The notes below the pieces were generated by a model that was given only the letters and a program-made list of their open reading frames with translations, was not told where the DNA came from and ran no database searches. DNA of 63,850 nucleotides, counting the filler, from Raillietiella orientalis (Eukaryota): assembly GCA_036172245.1 (NCBI GenBank). It is 3 parts of 3 records of this genome, joined end to end, with 100 filler letters (N's around TTAATTAATTAA, not from the genome) between each part and the next. Parts side by side here need not be neighbours in the genome. Positions count along the whole stretch, not along the records: positions 24,599 to 49,033 come from JAYWIR010000221.1; 2 more parts are not named here. One strand, given 5' to 3'. The position numbers and the translations under genes were made by a program. This document shows, one piece after another, positions 36,501 through 49,133 of this stretch (position 1 is the stretch's first letter; every line of letters begins with the position of its first letter).

Positions 36501-39500
36501 AATGGTGAAATCTTGTGAATTGGAGATCATTACAAAAGCTGAAAAGTGGCAAATTTGGACCAAATAATGAATCAGAGCGAAGTAGAAGATTGCCTTTCAA
36601 ATTCGGAAATTGGTTACCATAAAAACACCACAGAATGCAAAGTGCCACGCCCTAATGAAATGTCGGACTGTTCTTGATGATCCTCTGAAAGCAGGAAATT
36701 GGGAGGATCAGCGGCTCCCCATGACGGGAATTTTCCACTCACTGCAAATGGATGCTTCGCAAAGAGGCGCAAAAGTGCAATGGTGAAATCTTGTGCTTTG
36801 GAGTTGATTACAAAACCTGAAGAGTGGCAAATTTGCACCAAATAATGAATCAGAGCGAAGGAGAAGATTGCCTTTCAAATTCCGACATTGGTTACCATGA
36901 AAACAACACAGAATGCAAAGTGCCACGCCCTAATGAAATGTCGGACTGTTCTTGATGATCCTCTGAAACCAGGAAATTGGGAGGATCAGCGGCTCCCCAT
37001 GACGGGAGTTTGCCACTCACTGCAAATGGATGCTTCGCAAAGAGGCGCAAAAGTGCAATGGTGAAATCTTCTGCTTTCGAGTTGATTACAAAACCTGAAA
37101 AGTGGCAAATTTAGACCAAAGAATGAATCAGAGCGAAGGAGAAGATTGCCTTTCAAATTCCGACATTGGTTACCATGAAAACAACACAGAATGCAAAGTG
37201 CCACGCCCTAATGAAATGTCGGACTGTTCTTGATGATCCTCTGAAACCAGGAAATTGGGAGGATCAGCTGCTCCCCATGACGGGAATTTTCCACTCACTG
37301 CAAATGGATGCTTCGTGAAAAGGCACAAAGGTGCAATGGAGAAACCTTCTGACTTCGAGTTCATTACAAAAGCTCAAAAGTGGCAAATTTGGACGAAATA
37401 ATGAATAAGATCGAAGGAGAAGATTGCCTTTCAAATTCCGACATTGGTTACCATGAAAACAACACAGAATGCAAAGTGCCACGCCCTAATGAAATGTCGG
37501 ACTCTTCTTGATGATCCTCTGAAACCAGGAAATTGGGAGGCTCTTCGGCTCTCCATGACGGGAATTTTCCACTCACTGCAAATGGATGCTTCGTGAAAAG
37601 GCACAAAGGTGCAATGGAGAAACCTTCTGACTTCGAGTTCATTACAAAAGCTCAAAAGTGGCAAATTTGGACGAAATAATGAATAAGATCGAAGGAGAAG
37701 ATTGCCTTTCAAATTCCGACATTGGTTACCATGAAAACAACACAGAATGCAAAGTGCCACGCCCTAATGAAATGTCGGACTCTTCTTGATGATCCTCTGA
37801 AACCAGGAAATTGGGAGTCTCTTCGGCTCTCCATGACGGGAATTTTCCACTCACTGCAAATGGATGCTTCGTGAAAAGGCGCAAAAGTGCAATGGTGAAA
37901 TCTTCTGCTTTCGAGTTGATTACAAAACCTGAAAAGTGGCAAATTTGGACCCAAGAATGAATCAGAGCGAAGGAGAAGATTGCCTTTCAAATTCCGGCAT
38001 TGGTTACCATGAAAACAACACAGAATGCAAAGTGCCACTTCCTAATGAAATGTCGGACTCTTCTTGATGATCCTCTGAAACCAGGAAATTGGGAGGCTCT
38101 TCGGCTCTCCATGACGGGAATTTGCCACTCACTGCAAATGGATGCTTCGTGAAGAGGCGCAAAAATGCAATGGTGAAATCTTGTGACTTGGAGATCATTA
38201 CAAAAGCTGAAAAGTGGCAAATTTGGACCAAATAATGAATCAGAGCGAAGGAGAAGATTGCCTTTCAAATTCCGACATTGGTTACCATGAAAACAACACA
38301 GAATGCAAAGTGCCACATCATAATGAAATGTCGGACTCTTCTTGATGATCCTCTGAAACCAGGAAATTGGGAGGCTCTTCGGCTCTCCATGACGGGAATT
38401 TTCCACTCACTGCAAATGGATGCTTCGTGAAAAGGCGCAAAAGTGCAATGGTGAAATCTTCTGCTTTCGAGTTGATTACAAAACCTGAAGAGTGGCAAAT
38501 TTGGACCAAATAATGAATCAGAGCGAAGGAGAAGATTGCCTTTCAAATTCCGACATTGGTTACCATAAAGAAAACACAGAATGCAAAGTGCCACATCATA
38601 ATGAAATGTCGGACTCTTCTTGATGATCCTCTGAAACCAGGAAATTGGGAGGCTCTTCGGCTCTCCATGACGGGAATTTTCCACTCACTGCAAATGGATG
38701 CTTCGTGAAAAGGCGCAAAAGTGCAATGGTGAAATCTTCTGCTTTCGAGTTGATTACAAAACCTGAAGAGTGGCAAATTTGGACCAAATAATGAATCAGA
38801 GCGAAGGAGAAGATTGCCTTAAATTCCGACATTGGTTACCATAAAGAAAACACAGAATGCAAAGTGCCACATCATAATGAAATGTCGGACTCTTCTTGAT
38901 GATCCTCTGAAACCAGGAAATTGGGAGGCTCTTCGGCTCTCCATGACGGGAATTTTCCACTCACTGCAAATGGATGCTTCGTGAAAAGGCGCAAAAGTGC
39001 AATGGTGAAATCTTCTGCTTTCGAGTTGATTACAAAACCTGAAGAGTGGCAAATTTGGACCAAATAATGAATCAGAGCGAAGGAGAAGATTGCCTTTCAA
39101 ATTCCGACATTGGTTACCATAAAGAAAACACAGAATGCAAAGTGCCACATCATAATGAAATGTCGGACTCTTCTTGATGATCCTCTGAAACCAGGAAATT
39201 GGGAGGCTCTTCGGCTCTCCATGACGGGAATTTTCCACTCACTGCAAATGGATGCTTCGTGAAAAGGCGCAAAAGTGCAATGGTGAAATCTTCTGCTTTC
39301 GAGTTGATTACAAAACCTGAAAAGTGGCAAATTTGGACCAAAGAATGAATCAGAGCGAAGGAGAAGATTGCCTTTCAAATTCCGACATTGGTTACCATAA
39401 AAAAAACACAGAATGCAAAGTGCCACATCATAATGAAATGTCGGACTCTTCTTGATGATCCTCTGAAACCAGGAAATTGGGAGGCTCTTCGGCTCTCCAT

Positions 39501-42500
39501 GACGGGAATTTTCCACTCACTGCAAATGGATGCTTCGTGAAAAGGCGCAAAAGTGCAATGGTGAAATCTTCTGCTTTCGAGTTGATTACAAAACCTGAAA
39601 AGTGGCAAATTTGGACCAAAGAATGAATCAGAGCGAAGGAGAAGATTGCCTTTCAAATTCCGGCATTGGTTACCATGAAAACAACACAGAATGCAAAGTG
39701 CCACATCCTAATGAAATGTCGGACTCTTCTTGATGATCCTCTGAAAGCAGGAAATTGGGAGGCTCTTCGGCTCTCCATGACGGGAATTTGCCACTCACTG
39801 CAAATGGATGCTTCGTGAAGAGGCGCAAAATTGCAATGGTGAAATCTTGTGACTTGGAGATCATTACAAAAGCTGAAAAGTGGCAAATTTGGACCAAATA
39901 ATGAATCAGAGCGAAGGAGAAGATTGCCTTTCAAATTCCGACATTGGTTACCATAAAAACAACACAGAATGCAAAGTGCCACATCATAATGAAATGTCGG
40001 ACTCTTCTTGATGATCCTCTGAAACCAGGAAATTGGGAGGCTCTTCGGCTCTCCATGACGGGAATTTGCCACTCACTGCAAATGGATGCTTCGTGAAGAG
40101 GCGCAAAAGTGCAATGGAGAAACCTTCTGACTTCGAGTTCATTACAAAAGCTGAAAAGTGGCAAATTTGGACCAAATAATGAATCAGAGCGAAGGAGAAG
40201 ATTGCCTTTCAAATTCCGACATTGGTTACCATAAAGAAAACACAGAATGCAAAGTGCCACATCATAATGAAATGTCGGACTCTTCTTGATGATCCTCTGA
40301 AACCAGGAAATTGGGAGGCTCTTCGGCTCTCCATGACGGGAATTTTCCACTCACTGCAAATGGATGCTTCGTGAAAAGGCGCAAAAGTGCAATGGTGAAA
40401 TCTTCTGCTTTCGAGTTGATTACAAAACCTGAAGAGTGGCAAATTTGGACCAAATAATGAATCAGAGCGAAGGAGAAGATTGCCTTTCAAATTCCGACAT
40501 TGGTTACCATAAAGAAAACACAGAATGCAAAGTGCCACATCATAATGAAATGTCGGACTCTTCTTGATGATCCTCTGAAACCAGGAAATTGGGAGGCTCT
40601 TCGGCTCTCCATGACGGGAATTTTCCACTCACTGCAAATGGATGCTTCGTGAAAAGGCGCAAAAGTGCAATGGTGAAATCTTCTGCTTTCGAGTTGATTA
40701 CAAAACCTGAAAAGTGGCAAATTTGGACCAAAGAATGAATCAGAGCGAAGGAGAAGATTGCCTTTCAAATTCCGACATTGGTTACCATGAAAACAACACA
40801 GAATGCAAAGTGCCACATCCTAATGAAATGTCGGACTCTTCTTGATGATCCTCTGAAAGCAGGAAATTGGGAGGCTCTTCGGCTCTCCATGACGGGAATT
40901 TGCCACTCACTGCAAATGGATGCTTCGTGAAGAGGCGCAAAATTGCAATGGTGAAATCTTGTGAATTGGAGATCATTACAAAAGCTGAAAAGTGGCAAAT
41001 TTGGACCAAATAATGAATCAGAGCGAAGGAGAAGATTGCCTTTCAAATTCCGACATTGGTTACCATGAAAACAACACAGAATGCAAAGTGCCACATCATA
41101 ATGAAATGTCGGACTCTTCTTGATGATCCTCTGAAAGCAGGAAATTGGGAGGCTCTTCGGCTCTCCATGACGGGAATTTGCCACTCACTGCAAATGGATG
41201 CTTCGTGAAGAGGCGCAAAATTGCAATGGTGAAATCTTGTGACTTGGAGATCATTACAAAAGCTGAAAAGTGGCAAATTTGGACCAAATAATGAATCAGA
41301 GCGAAGGAGAAGATTGCCTTTCAAATTCCGAAATTGGTTACCATAAAAACACCACAGAATGCAAAGTGCCACGCCCTAATGAAATGTCGGACTGTTCTTG
41401 ATGATCCTCTGAAAGCAGGAAATTGGGAGGATCAGCGGCTCCCCATGACGGGAATTTTCCACTCACTGCAAATGGATGCTTCGCAAAGAGGCGCAAAAGT
41501 GCAATGGTGAAATCTTCTGCTTTCGAGTTGATTACAAAACCTGAAGAGTGGCAAATTTGGACCAAATAATGAATCAGAGCGAAGGAGAAGATTGCCTTTC
41601 AAATTCCGACATTGGTTACCATGAAAACAACACAGAATGCAAAGTGCCACTTCCTAATGAAATGTCGGACTGTTCTTGATGATCCTCTGAAACCAGGAAA
41701 TTGGGAGGCTCTTCGGCTCTCCATGACGGGAATTTTCCACTCACTGCAAATGGATGCTTCGTGAAAAGGCGCAAAAGTGCAATGGTGAAATCTTCTGCTT
41801 TCGAGTTGATTACAAAACCTGAAAAGTGGCAAATTTGGACCAAAGAATGAATCAGAGCGAAGGAGAAGATTGCCTTTCAAATTCCGACATTGGTTACCAT
41901 GAAAACAACACAGAATGCAAAGTGCCACATCCTAATGAAATGTCGGACTCTTCTTGATGATCCTCTGAAAGCAGGAAATTGGGAGGCTCTTCGGCTCTCC
42001 ATGACGGGAATTTGCCACTCACTGCAAATGGATGCTTCGTGAAGAGGCGCAAAATTGCAATGGTGAAATCTTGTGACTTGGAGATCATTACAAAAGCTGA
42101 AAAGTGGGAAATTTCGACCAAATAATGAATCAGAGCGAAGGAGAAGATTGCCTTTCAAATTCCGACATTGGTTACCATGAAAACAACACAGAATGCAAAG
42201 TGCCACATCATAATGAAATGTCGGACTCTTCTTGATGATCCTCTGAAACCAGGAAATTGGGAGGCTCTTCGGCTCTCCATGACGGGAATTTTCCACTCAC
42301 TGCAAATGGATGCTTCGTGAAAAGGCGCAAAAGTGCAATGGTGAAATCTTCTGCTTTCGAGTTGATTACAAAACCTGAAGAGTGGCAAATTTGGACCAAA
42401 TAATGAATCAGAGCGAAGGAGAAGATTGCCTTTCAAATTCCGACATTGGTTATCATGAAAACAACACAGAATGCAAAGTGCCACATCCTAATGAAATGTC

Positions 42501-45500
42501 GTACTCTTTTTGATGATCCTCTGAAAGCAGGAAATTGGGAGGCTCTTCGGCTCTCCATGACGGGAATTTGCCACTCACTGCAAATGGATGCTTCGTGAAA
42601 AGGCGCAAAAGTGCAATGGAGAAACCTTCTGACTTCGAGATCATTACAAAAGCTGAAAAGTGGCAAATTAGGACCAAATAATGAATAAGAGCGAAGGATA
42701 AGATTGCCTTTCAAATTCCGACATTTGTTACCATGAAAACAACACAGAATGCGAAGTGCCACGCCCTAATGAAATGTCGGACTCTTCTTGATGATCCTCT
42801 GAAACCAGGAAATTGGGAGGCTCTTCGGCTCTCCATGACGGGAATTTGCCACTCACTGCAAATGGATGCTTCGTGAAGAGGCGCAAAAATGCAATGGTGA
42901 AATCTTGTGACTTGGAGATCATTACAAAAGCTGAAAAGTGGCAAATTTGGACCAAATAATGAATCAGAACGAAGGAGAAGATTGCCTTTCAAATTCCGGC
43001 ATTGGTTACCATGAAAACAACACAGAATGCAAAGTGCCACGCCCTAATGAAATGTCGGACTGTTCTTGATGATCCTCTGAAAGCAGGAAATTGGGAGGAT
43101 CAGCGGCTCCCCATGACGGGAATTTTCCACTCACTGCAAATGGATGCTTCGCAAAGAGGCGCAAAAGTGCAATGGTGAAATCTTCTGCTTTCGAGTTGAT
43201 TACAAAACCTGAAGAGTGGCAAATTTGGACCAAATAATGAATCAGAGCGAAGGAGAAGATTGCCTTTCAAATTCCGACATTGGTTACCATGAAAACAACA
43301 CAGAATGCAAAGTGCCACTTCCTAATGAAATGTCGGACTCTTCTTGATGATCCTCTGAAAGCAGGAAATTGGGAGGCTCTTCGGCTCTCCATGACGGGAA
43401 TTTGCCACTCACTGCAAATGGATGCTTCGTGAAAAGGCGCAAAATTGCAATGGTGAAATCTTCTGCTTTCGAGTTGATTACAAAACCTGAAAAGTGGCAA
43501 ATTTGGACCAAAGAATGAATCAGAGCGAAGGAGAAGATTGCCTTTCAAATTCCGGCATTGGTTACCATGAAAACAACACAGAATGCAAAGTGCCACTTCC
43601 TAATGAAATGTCGGACTCTTCTTGATGATCCTCTGAAAGCAGGAAATTGGGAGGCTCTTCGGCTCTCCATGACGGGAATTTGCCACTCACTGCAAATGGA
43701 TGCTTCGTGAAGAGGCGCAAAAATGCAATGGTGAAATCTTGTGACTTGGAGATCATTACAAAAGCTGAAAAGTGGCAAATTTGGACCAAATAATGAATCA
43801 GAGCGAAGGAGAAGATTGCCTTTCAAATTCCGGCATTGGTTACCATAAAAACACCACAGAATGCAAAGTGCCACGCCCTAATGAAATGTCGGACTGTTCT
43901 TGATGATCCTCTGAAAGCAGGAAATTGGGAGGATCAGCGGCTCCCCATGACGGGAATTTTCCACTCACTGCAAATGGATGCTTCGCAAAGAGGCGCAAAA
44001 GTGCAATGGTGAAATCTTCTGCTTTCGAGTTGATTACAAAACCTGAAAAGTGGCAAATTTGGACCAAATAATGAATCAGAGCGAAGGAGAAGATTGCCTT
44101 TCAAATTCCGACATTGGTTACCATGAAAACAACACAGAATGCAAAGTGCCACATCCTAATGAAATGTCGTACTCTTCTTGATGATCCTCTGAAAGCAGGA
44201 AATTGGGAGGCTCTTCGGCTCTCCATGACGGGAATTTGCCACTCACTGCAAATGGATGCTTCGTGAAAAGGCGCAAAAGTGCAATGGTGAAATCTTCTGC
44301 TTTCGAGTTGATTACAAAACCTGAAAAGTGGCAAATTTGGACCAAAGAATGAATCAGAGCGAAGGAGAAGATTGCCTTTCAAATTCCGGCATTGGTTACC
44401 ATGAAAACAACACAGAATGCAAAGTGCCACTTCCTAATGAAATGTCGGACTCTTCTTGATGATCCTCTGAAAGCAGGAAATTGGGAGGCTCTTCGGCTCT
44501 CCATGACGGGAATTTGCCACTCACTGCAAATGGATGCTTCGCAAAGAGGCGCAAAAGTGCAATGGTGAAATCTTCTGCTTTCGAGTTGATTACAAAACCT
44601 GAAAAGTGGCAAATTTGGACCAAATAATGAATCAGAACGAAGGAGAAGATTGCCTTTCAAATTCCGGCATTGGTTACCATAAAAAAAACACAGAATGCAA
44701 AGTGCCACATGATAATGAAATGTCGGACTCTTCTTGATGATCCTCTGAAACCAGGAAATTGGGAGGCTCTTCGGCTCTCCATGACGGGAATTTGCCACTC
44801 ACTGCAAATGGATGCTTCGTGAAGAGGCGCAAAAATGCAATGGTGAAATCTTGTGACTTGGAGATCATTACAAAAGCTGAAAAGTGGCAAATTTGGACCA
44901 AATAATGAATCAGAGCGAAGGAGAAGATTGCCTTTCAAATTCCGAAATTGGTTACCATAAAAAGACCACAGAATGCAAAGTGCCACGCCCTAATGAAATG
45001 TCGGACTGTTCTTGATGGTCCTCTGAAAGCAGAAAATTGGGAGGATCAGCGGCTCCCCATGACGGGAATTTTCCACTCACTGCAAATGGATGCTTCGCAA
45101 AGAGGAGCAAAAGTGCAATGGTGAAATCTTCTGCTTTCGAGTTGATTACAAAAGATGAAAAGTGGCAAATTTGGACCAAATAATGAATAAGAGCGAAGGA
45201 GAAGATTGCCTTTCAAATTCCGACATTGGTTACCATGAAAACAACACAGAATGCAAAGTGCCACGCCCTAATGAAATGTCGGACTGTTCTTGATGATCCT
45301 CTGAAACCAGGAAATTGGGAGGCTCTTCGGCTCTCCATGACGGGAATTTGCCACTCACTGCAAATGGATGCTTCGTGAAGAGGCGCAAAAGTGCAATGGA
45401 GAAACCTTCTGACTTCGAGTTCATTACAAAAGCTGAAAAGTGGCAAATTTGGACGAAATAATGAATAAGAGCGAAGGAGAAGATTGCCTTTCAAATTCCG

Positions 45501-48500
45501 ACATTGGTTACCATGAAAACAACACAGAATGCAAAGTGCCACGCCCTAATGAAATGTCGGACTGTTCTTGATGATCCTCTGAAAGCAGGAAATTGGGAGG
45601 CTCTTCGGCTCTCCATGACGGGAATTTGCCACTCACTGCAAATGGATGCTTCGTGAAGAGGCGCAAAAGTGCAATGGTGAAGTCTTCTGACTTCGAAATG
45701 ATTACAAAAGCTGAAAACTGGCAAATTAAAACCAAATAATGAATAAGAGCGAAGGAGAAGATTGCCTTTGAAATTCCGACATTGGTTAGCATAAAAACAA
45801 CACAGAATGCAAAGTGCCACGCCCTAATGAAATGTCGGACTGTTCTTGATGATCCTCTGAAACCAGGAAATTGGGAGGATCAGCGGCTCCCCATGACGGG
45901 AATTTGCCACTCACTGCAAATGGATGCTTCGTGAAGAGGCGCAAAAATGCAATGGTGAAGTCTTCTGACTTCGAAATGATTACAAAAGCTGAAAACTGGC
46001 AAATTAAAACCAAATAATGAATAAGAGCGAAGGAGAAGATTGCCTTCGAAATTCCGACATTGGTTACCATAAAAACACCACAGAATGCAAAGTGCCACGC
46101 CCTAATGAAATGTCGGACTCTTCTTGATGATCCTCTGAAAGCCGGAAATTGGGAGGATCAGCGGATCCGCATGACGGGAATTTGCCACTCACTGCAAATG
46201 GATGCTTCGTGAAAAGGCGCAAAAGTGCAATGGTGAAATCTTCTGCTTTCGAGTTGATTACAAAACCTGAAGAGTGGCAAATTTGGACCAAAGAATGAAT
46301 CAGAGCGAAGGAGAAGATTGCCTTTCAAATTCCGACATTGGTTACCATGAAAACAACACAGAATGCAAAGTGCCACATCCTAATGAAATGTCGGACTCTT
46401 CTTGATGATCCTCTGAAAGCAGGAAATTGGGAGGATCAGCGGCTCTCCATGACGGGAATTTTCCACTCACTGCAAATGGATGCTTCGCAAAGAGGCGCAA
46501 AAGTGCAATCGTGAAATCTTGTGACTTGGAGATCATTACAAAACCTGAAAAGTGGCAAATTTGGACCAAATAATGAATCAGAACGAAGGAGAAGATTGCC
46601 TTTCAAATTCCGGCATTGGTTACCATAAAAAAAACACAGAATGCAAAGTGCCACATCCTAATGAAATGTCGGACTCTTCTTGATGATCCTCTGAAAGCAG
46701 GAAATTGGGAGGCTCTTCGGCTCTCCATGACGGGAATTTTCCACTCACTGCAAATGGATGCTTCGTGAAGAGGCGCAAAAGTGCAATGGTGAAATCTTCT
46801 GCTTTCGAGTTGATTACAAAACCTGAAGAGTGGCAAATTTGGACCAAATAATGAATCAGAGCGAAGGAGAAGATTGCCTTTCAAATTCCGACATTGGTTA
46901 CCATGAAAACAACACAGAATGCAAAGTGCCACATCCTAATGAAATGTCGGACTCTTCTTGATGATCCTCTGAAAGCAGGAAATTGGGAGGCTCTTCGGCT
47001 CTCCATGACGGGAATTTTCCACTCACTGCAAATGGATGCTTCGCAAAGAGGCGCAAAAGTGCAATGGTGAAATCTTCTGCTTTCGAGTTGATTACAAAAC
47101 CTGAAGAGTGGCAAATTTGGACCAAATAATGAATCAGAACGAAGGAGAAGATTGCCTTTCAAATTCCGGCATTGGTTACCATAAAAAAAACACAGAATGC
47201 AAAGTGCCACATCATAATGAAATGTCGGACTCTTCTTGATGATCCTCTGAAACCAGGAAATTGGGAGGCTCTTCGGCTCTCCATGACGGGAATTTGCCAC
47301 TCACTGCAAATGGATGCTTCGCAAAGAGGCGCAAAAGTGCAATGGTGAAATCTTCTGCTTTCGAGTTGATTACAAAACCTGAAGAGTGGCAAATTTGGAC
47401 CAAAGAATGAATCAGAGCGAAGGAGAAGATTGCCTTTCAAATTCCGACATTGGTTACCATGAAAACAACACAGAATGCAAAGTGCCACGCCCTAATGAAA
47501 TGTCGGACTGTTCTTGATGATCCTCTGAAACCAGGAAATTGGGAGGATCAGCGGCTCCCCATGACGGGAGTTTGCCACTCACTGCAAATGGATGCTTCGC
47601 AAAGAGGCGCAAAAGTGCAATGGTGAAATCTTCTGCTTTCGAGTTGATTACAAAACCTGAAGAGTGGCAAATTTGGACCAAAGAATGAATCAGAGCGAAG
47701 GAGAAGATTGCCTTTCAAATTCCGACATTGGTTATCATGAAAACAACACAGAATGCAAAGTGCCACATCCTAATGAAATGTCGGACTCTTCTTGATGATC
47801 CTCTGAAAGTAGGAAATTGGGAGGCTCTTCGGCTCTCCATGACGGGAATTTGCCACTCACTGCAAATGGATGCTTCGCGAAGAGGCGCAAAATTGCAATG
47901 GTGAAATCTTGTGACTTGGAGATCATTAAAAAAGCTGAAAAGTGGCAAATTTGGACCAAATAATGAATCAGAGCGAAGGAGAAGATTGCCTTTCAAATTC
48001 CGACATTGGTTACCATGAAAACAACACAGAATGCAAAGTGCCACATCCTAATGAAATGTCGTACTCTTTTTGATGATCCTCTGAAAGCAGGAAATTGGGA
48101 GGTTCTTCGGCTCTCCATGACGGGAATTTGCCACTCACTGCAAATGGATGCTTCGTGAAAAGGCGCAAAATTGCAATGGTGAAATCTTCTGCTTTCGAGT
48201 TGATTACAAAACCTGAAAAGTGGCAAATTTGGACCAAATAATGAATCAGAGCGAAGGAGAAGATTGCCTTTCAAATTCCGGCATTGGTTACCATGAAAAC
48301 AACACAGAATGCAAAGTGCCACTTCCTAATGAAATGTCGGACTCTTCTTGATGATCCTCTGAAACCAGGAAATTGGGAGGCTCTTCGGCTCTCCATGACG
48401 GGAATTTGCCACTCACTGCAAATGGATGCTTCGTGAAGAGGCGCAAAAATGCAATGGTGAAATCTTGTGACTTCGAGATCATTACAAAAGCTGAAAAGTG

Positions 48501-49033
48501 GCAAATTAGGACCAAATAATGAATAAGAGCGAAGGAGAAGATTGCCTTTCAAATTCCGACATTGGTTACCATGAAAACAACACAGAATGCAAAGTGCCAC
48601 GCCCTAATGAAATGTCGGACTGTTCTTGATGATCCTCTGAAACCAGGAAATTGGGAGGATCTTCGGCTCTCCATGACGGGAATTTTCCACTCACTGCAAA
48701 TGGATGCTTCGTGAAAAGGCGCAAAGGTGCAATGGAGAAACCTTCTGACTTCGAGTTCATTACAAAAGCTCAAAAGTGGCAAATTTGGACGAAATAATGA
48801 ATAAGATCGAAGGAGAAGATTGCCTTTCAAATTCCGACATTGGTTACCATGAAAACAACACAGAATGCAAAGTGCCACGCCCTAATGAAATGTCGGACTG
48901 TTCTTGATGATCCTCTGAAACCAGGAAATTGGGAGGCTCTTCGGCTCTCCATGACGGGAATTTGCCACTCACTGCAAATGGATGCTTCGTGAAGAGGCGC
49001 AAAATTGCAATGGTGAAATCTTGTGACTTGGAG
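24599..49033. repeat. 278-bp satellite array, subfamily A (~88 monomers)
   Basis: Motifs such as CCGACATTGGTTACCAT recur every 278 bp; the ORF track repeats with the same period. Confidence 0.98.
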
Positions 49034-49133
49034 NNNNNNNNNNNNNNNNNNNNNNNNNNNNNNNNNNNNNNNNNNNNTTAATTAATTAANNNNNNNNNNN
49101 NNNNNNNNNNNNNNNNNNNNNNNNNNNNNNNNN
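49034..49133. other. Artificial contig linker (N44-TTAATTAATTAA-N44)
   Basis: Same structure as 24499-24598. Confidence 0.97.

Noticed and set aside
24599..49033. CRISPR-like array or a 2x139-bp sub-repeat
   Set aside because: No unique spacers, and the monomer halves do not align by eye.
49034..49133. Head-to-head inversion of the satellite arrays, and LINE array-satellite adjacency at 24499
   Set aside because: Both switches coincide with artificial linkers, so relative order and orientation of the contigs are not evidence.
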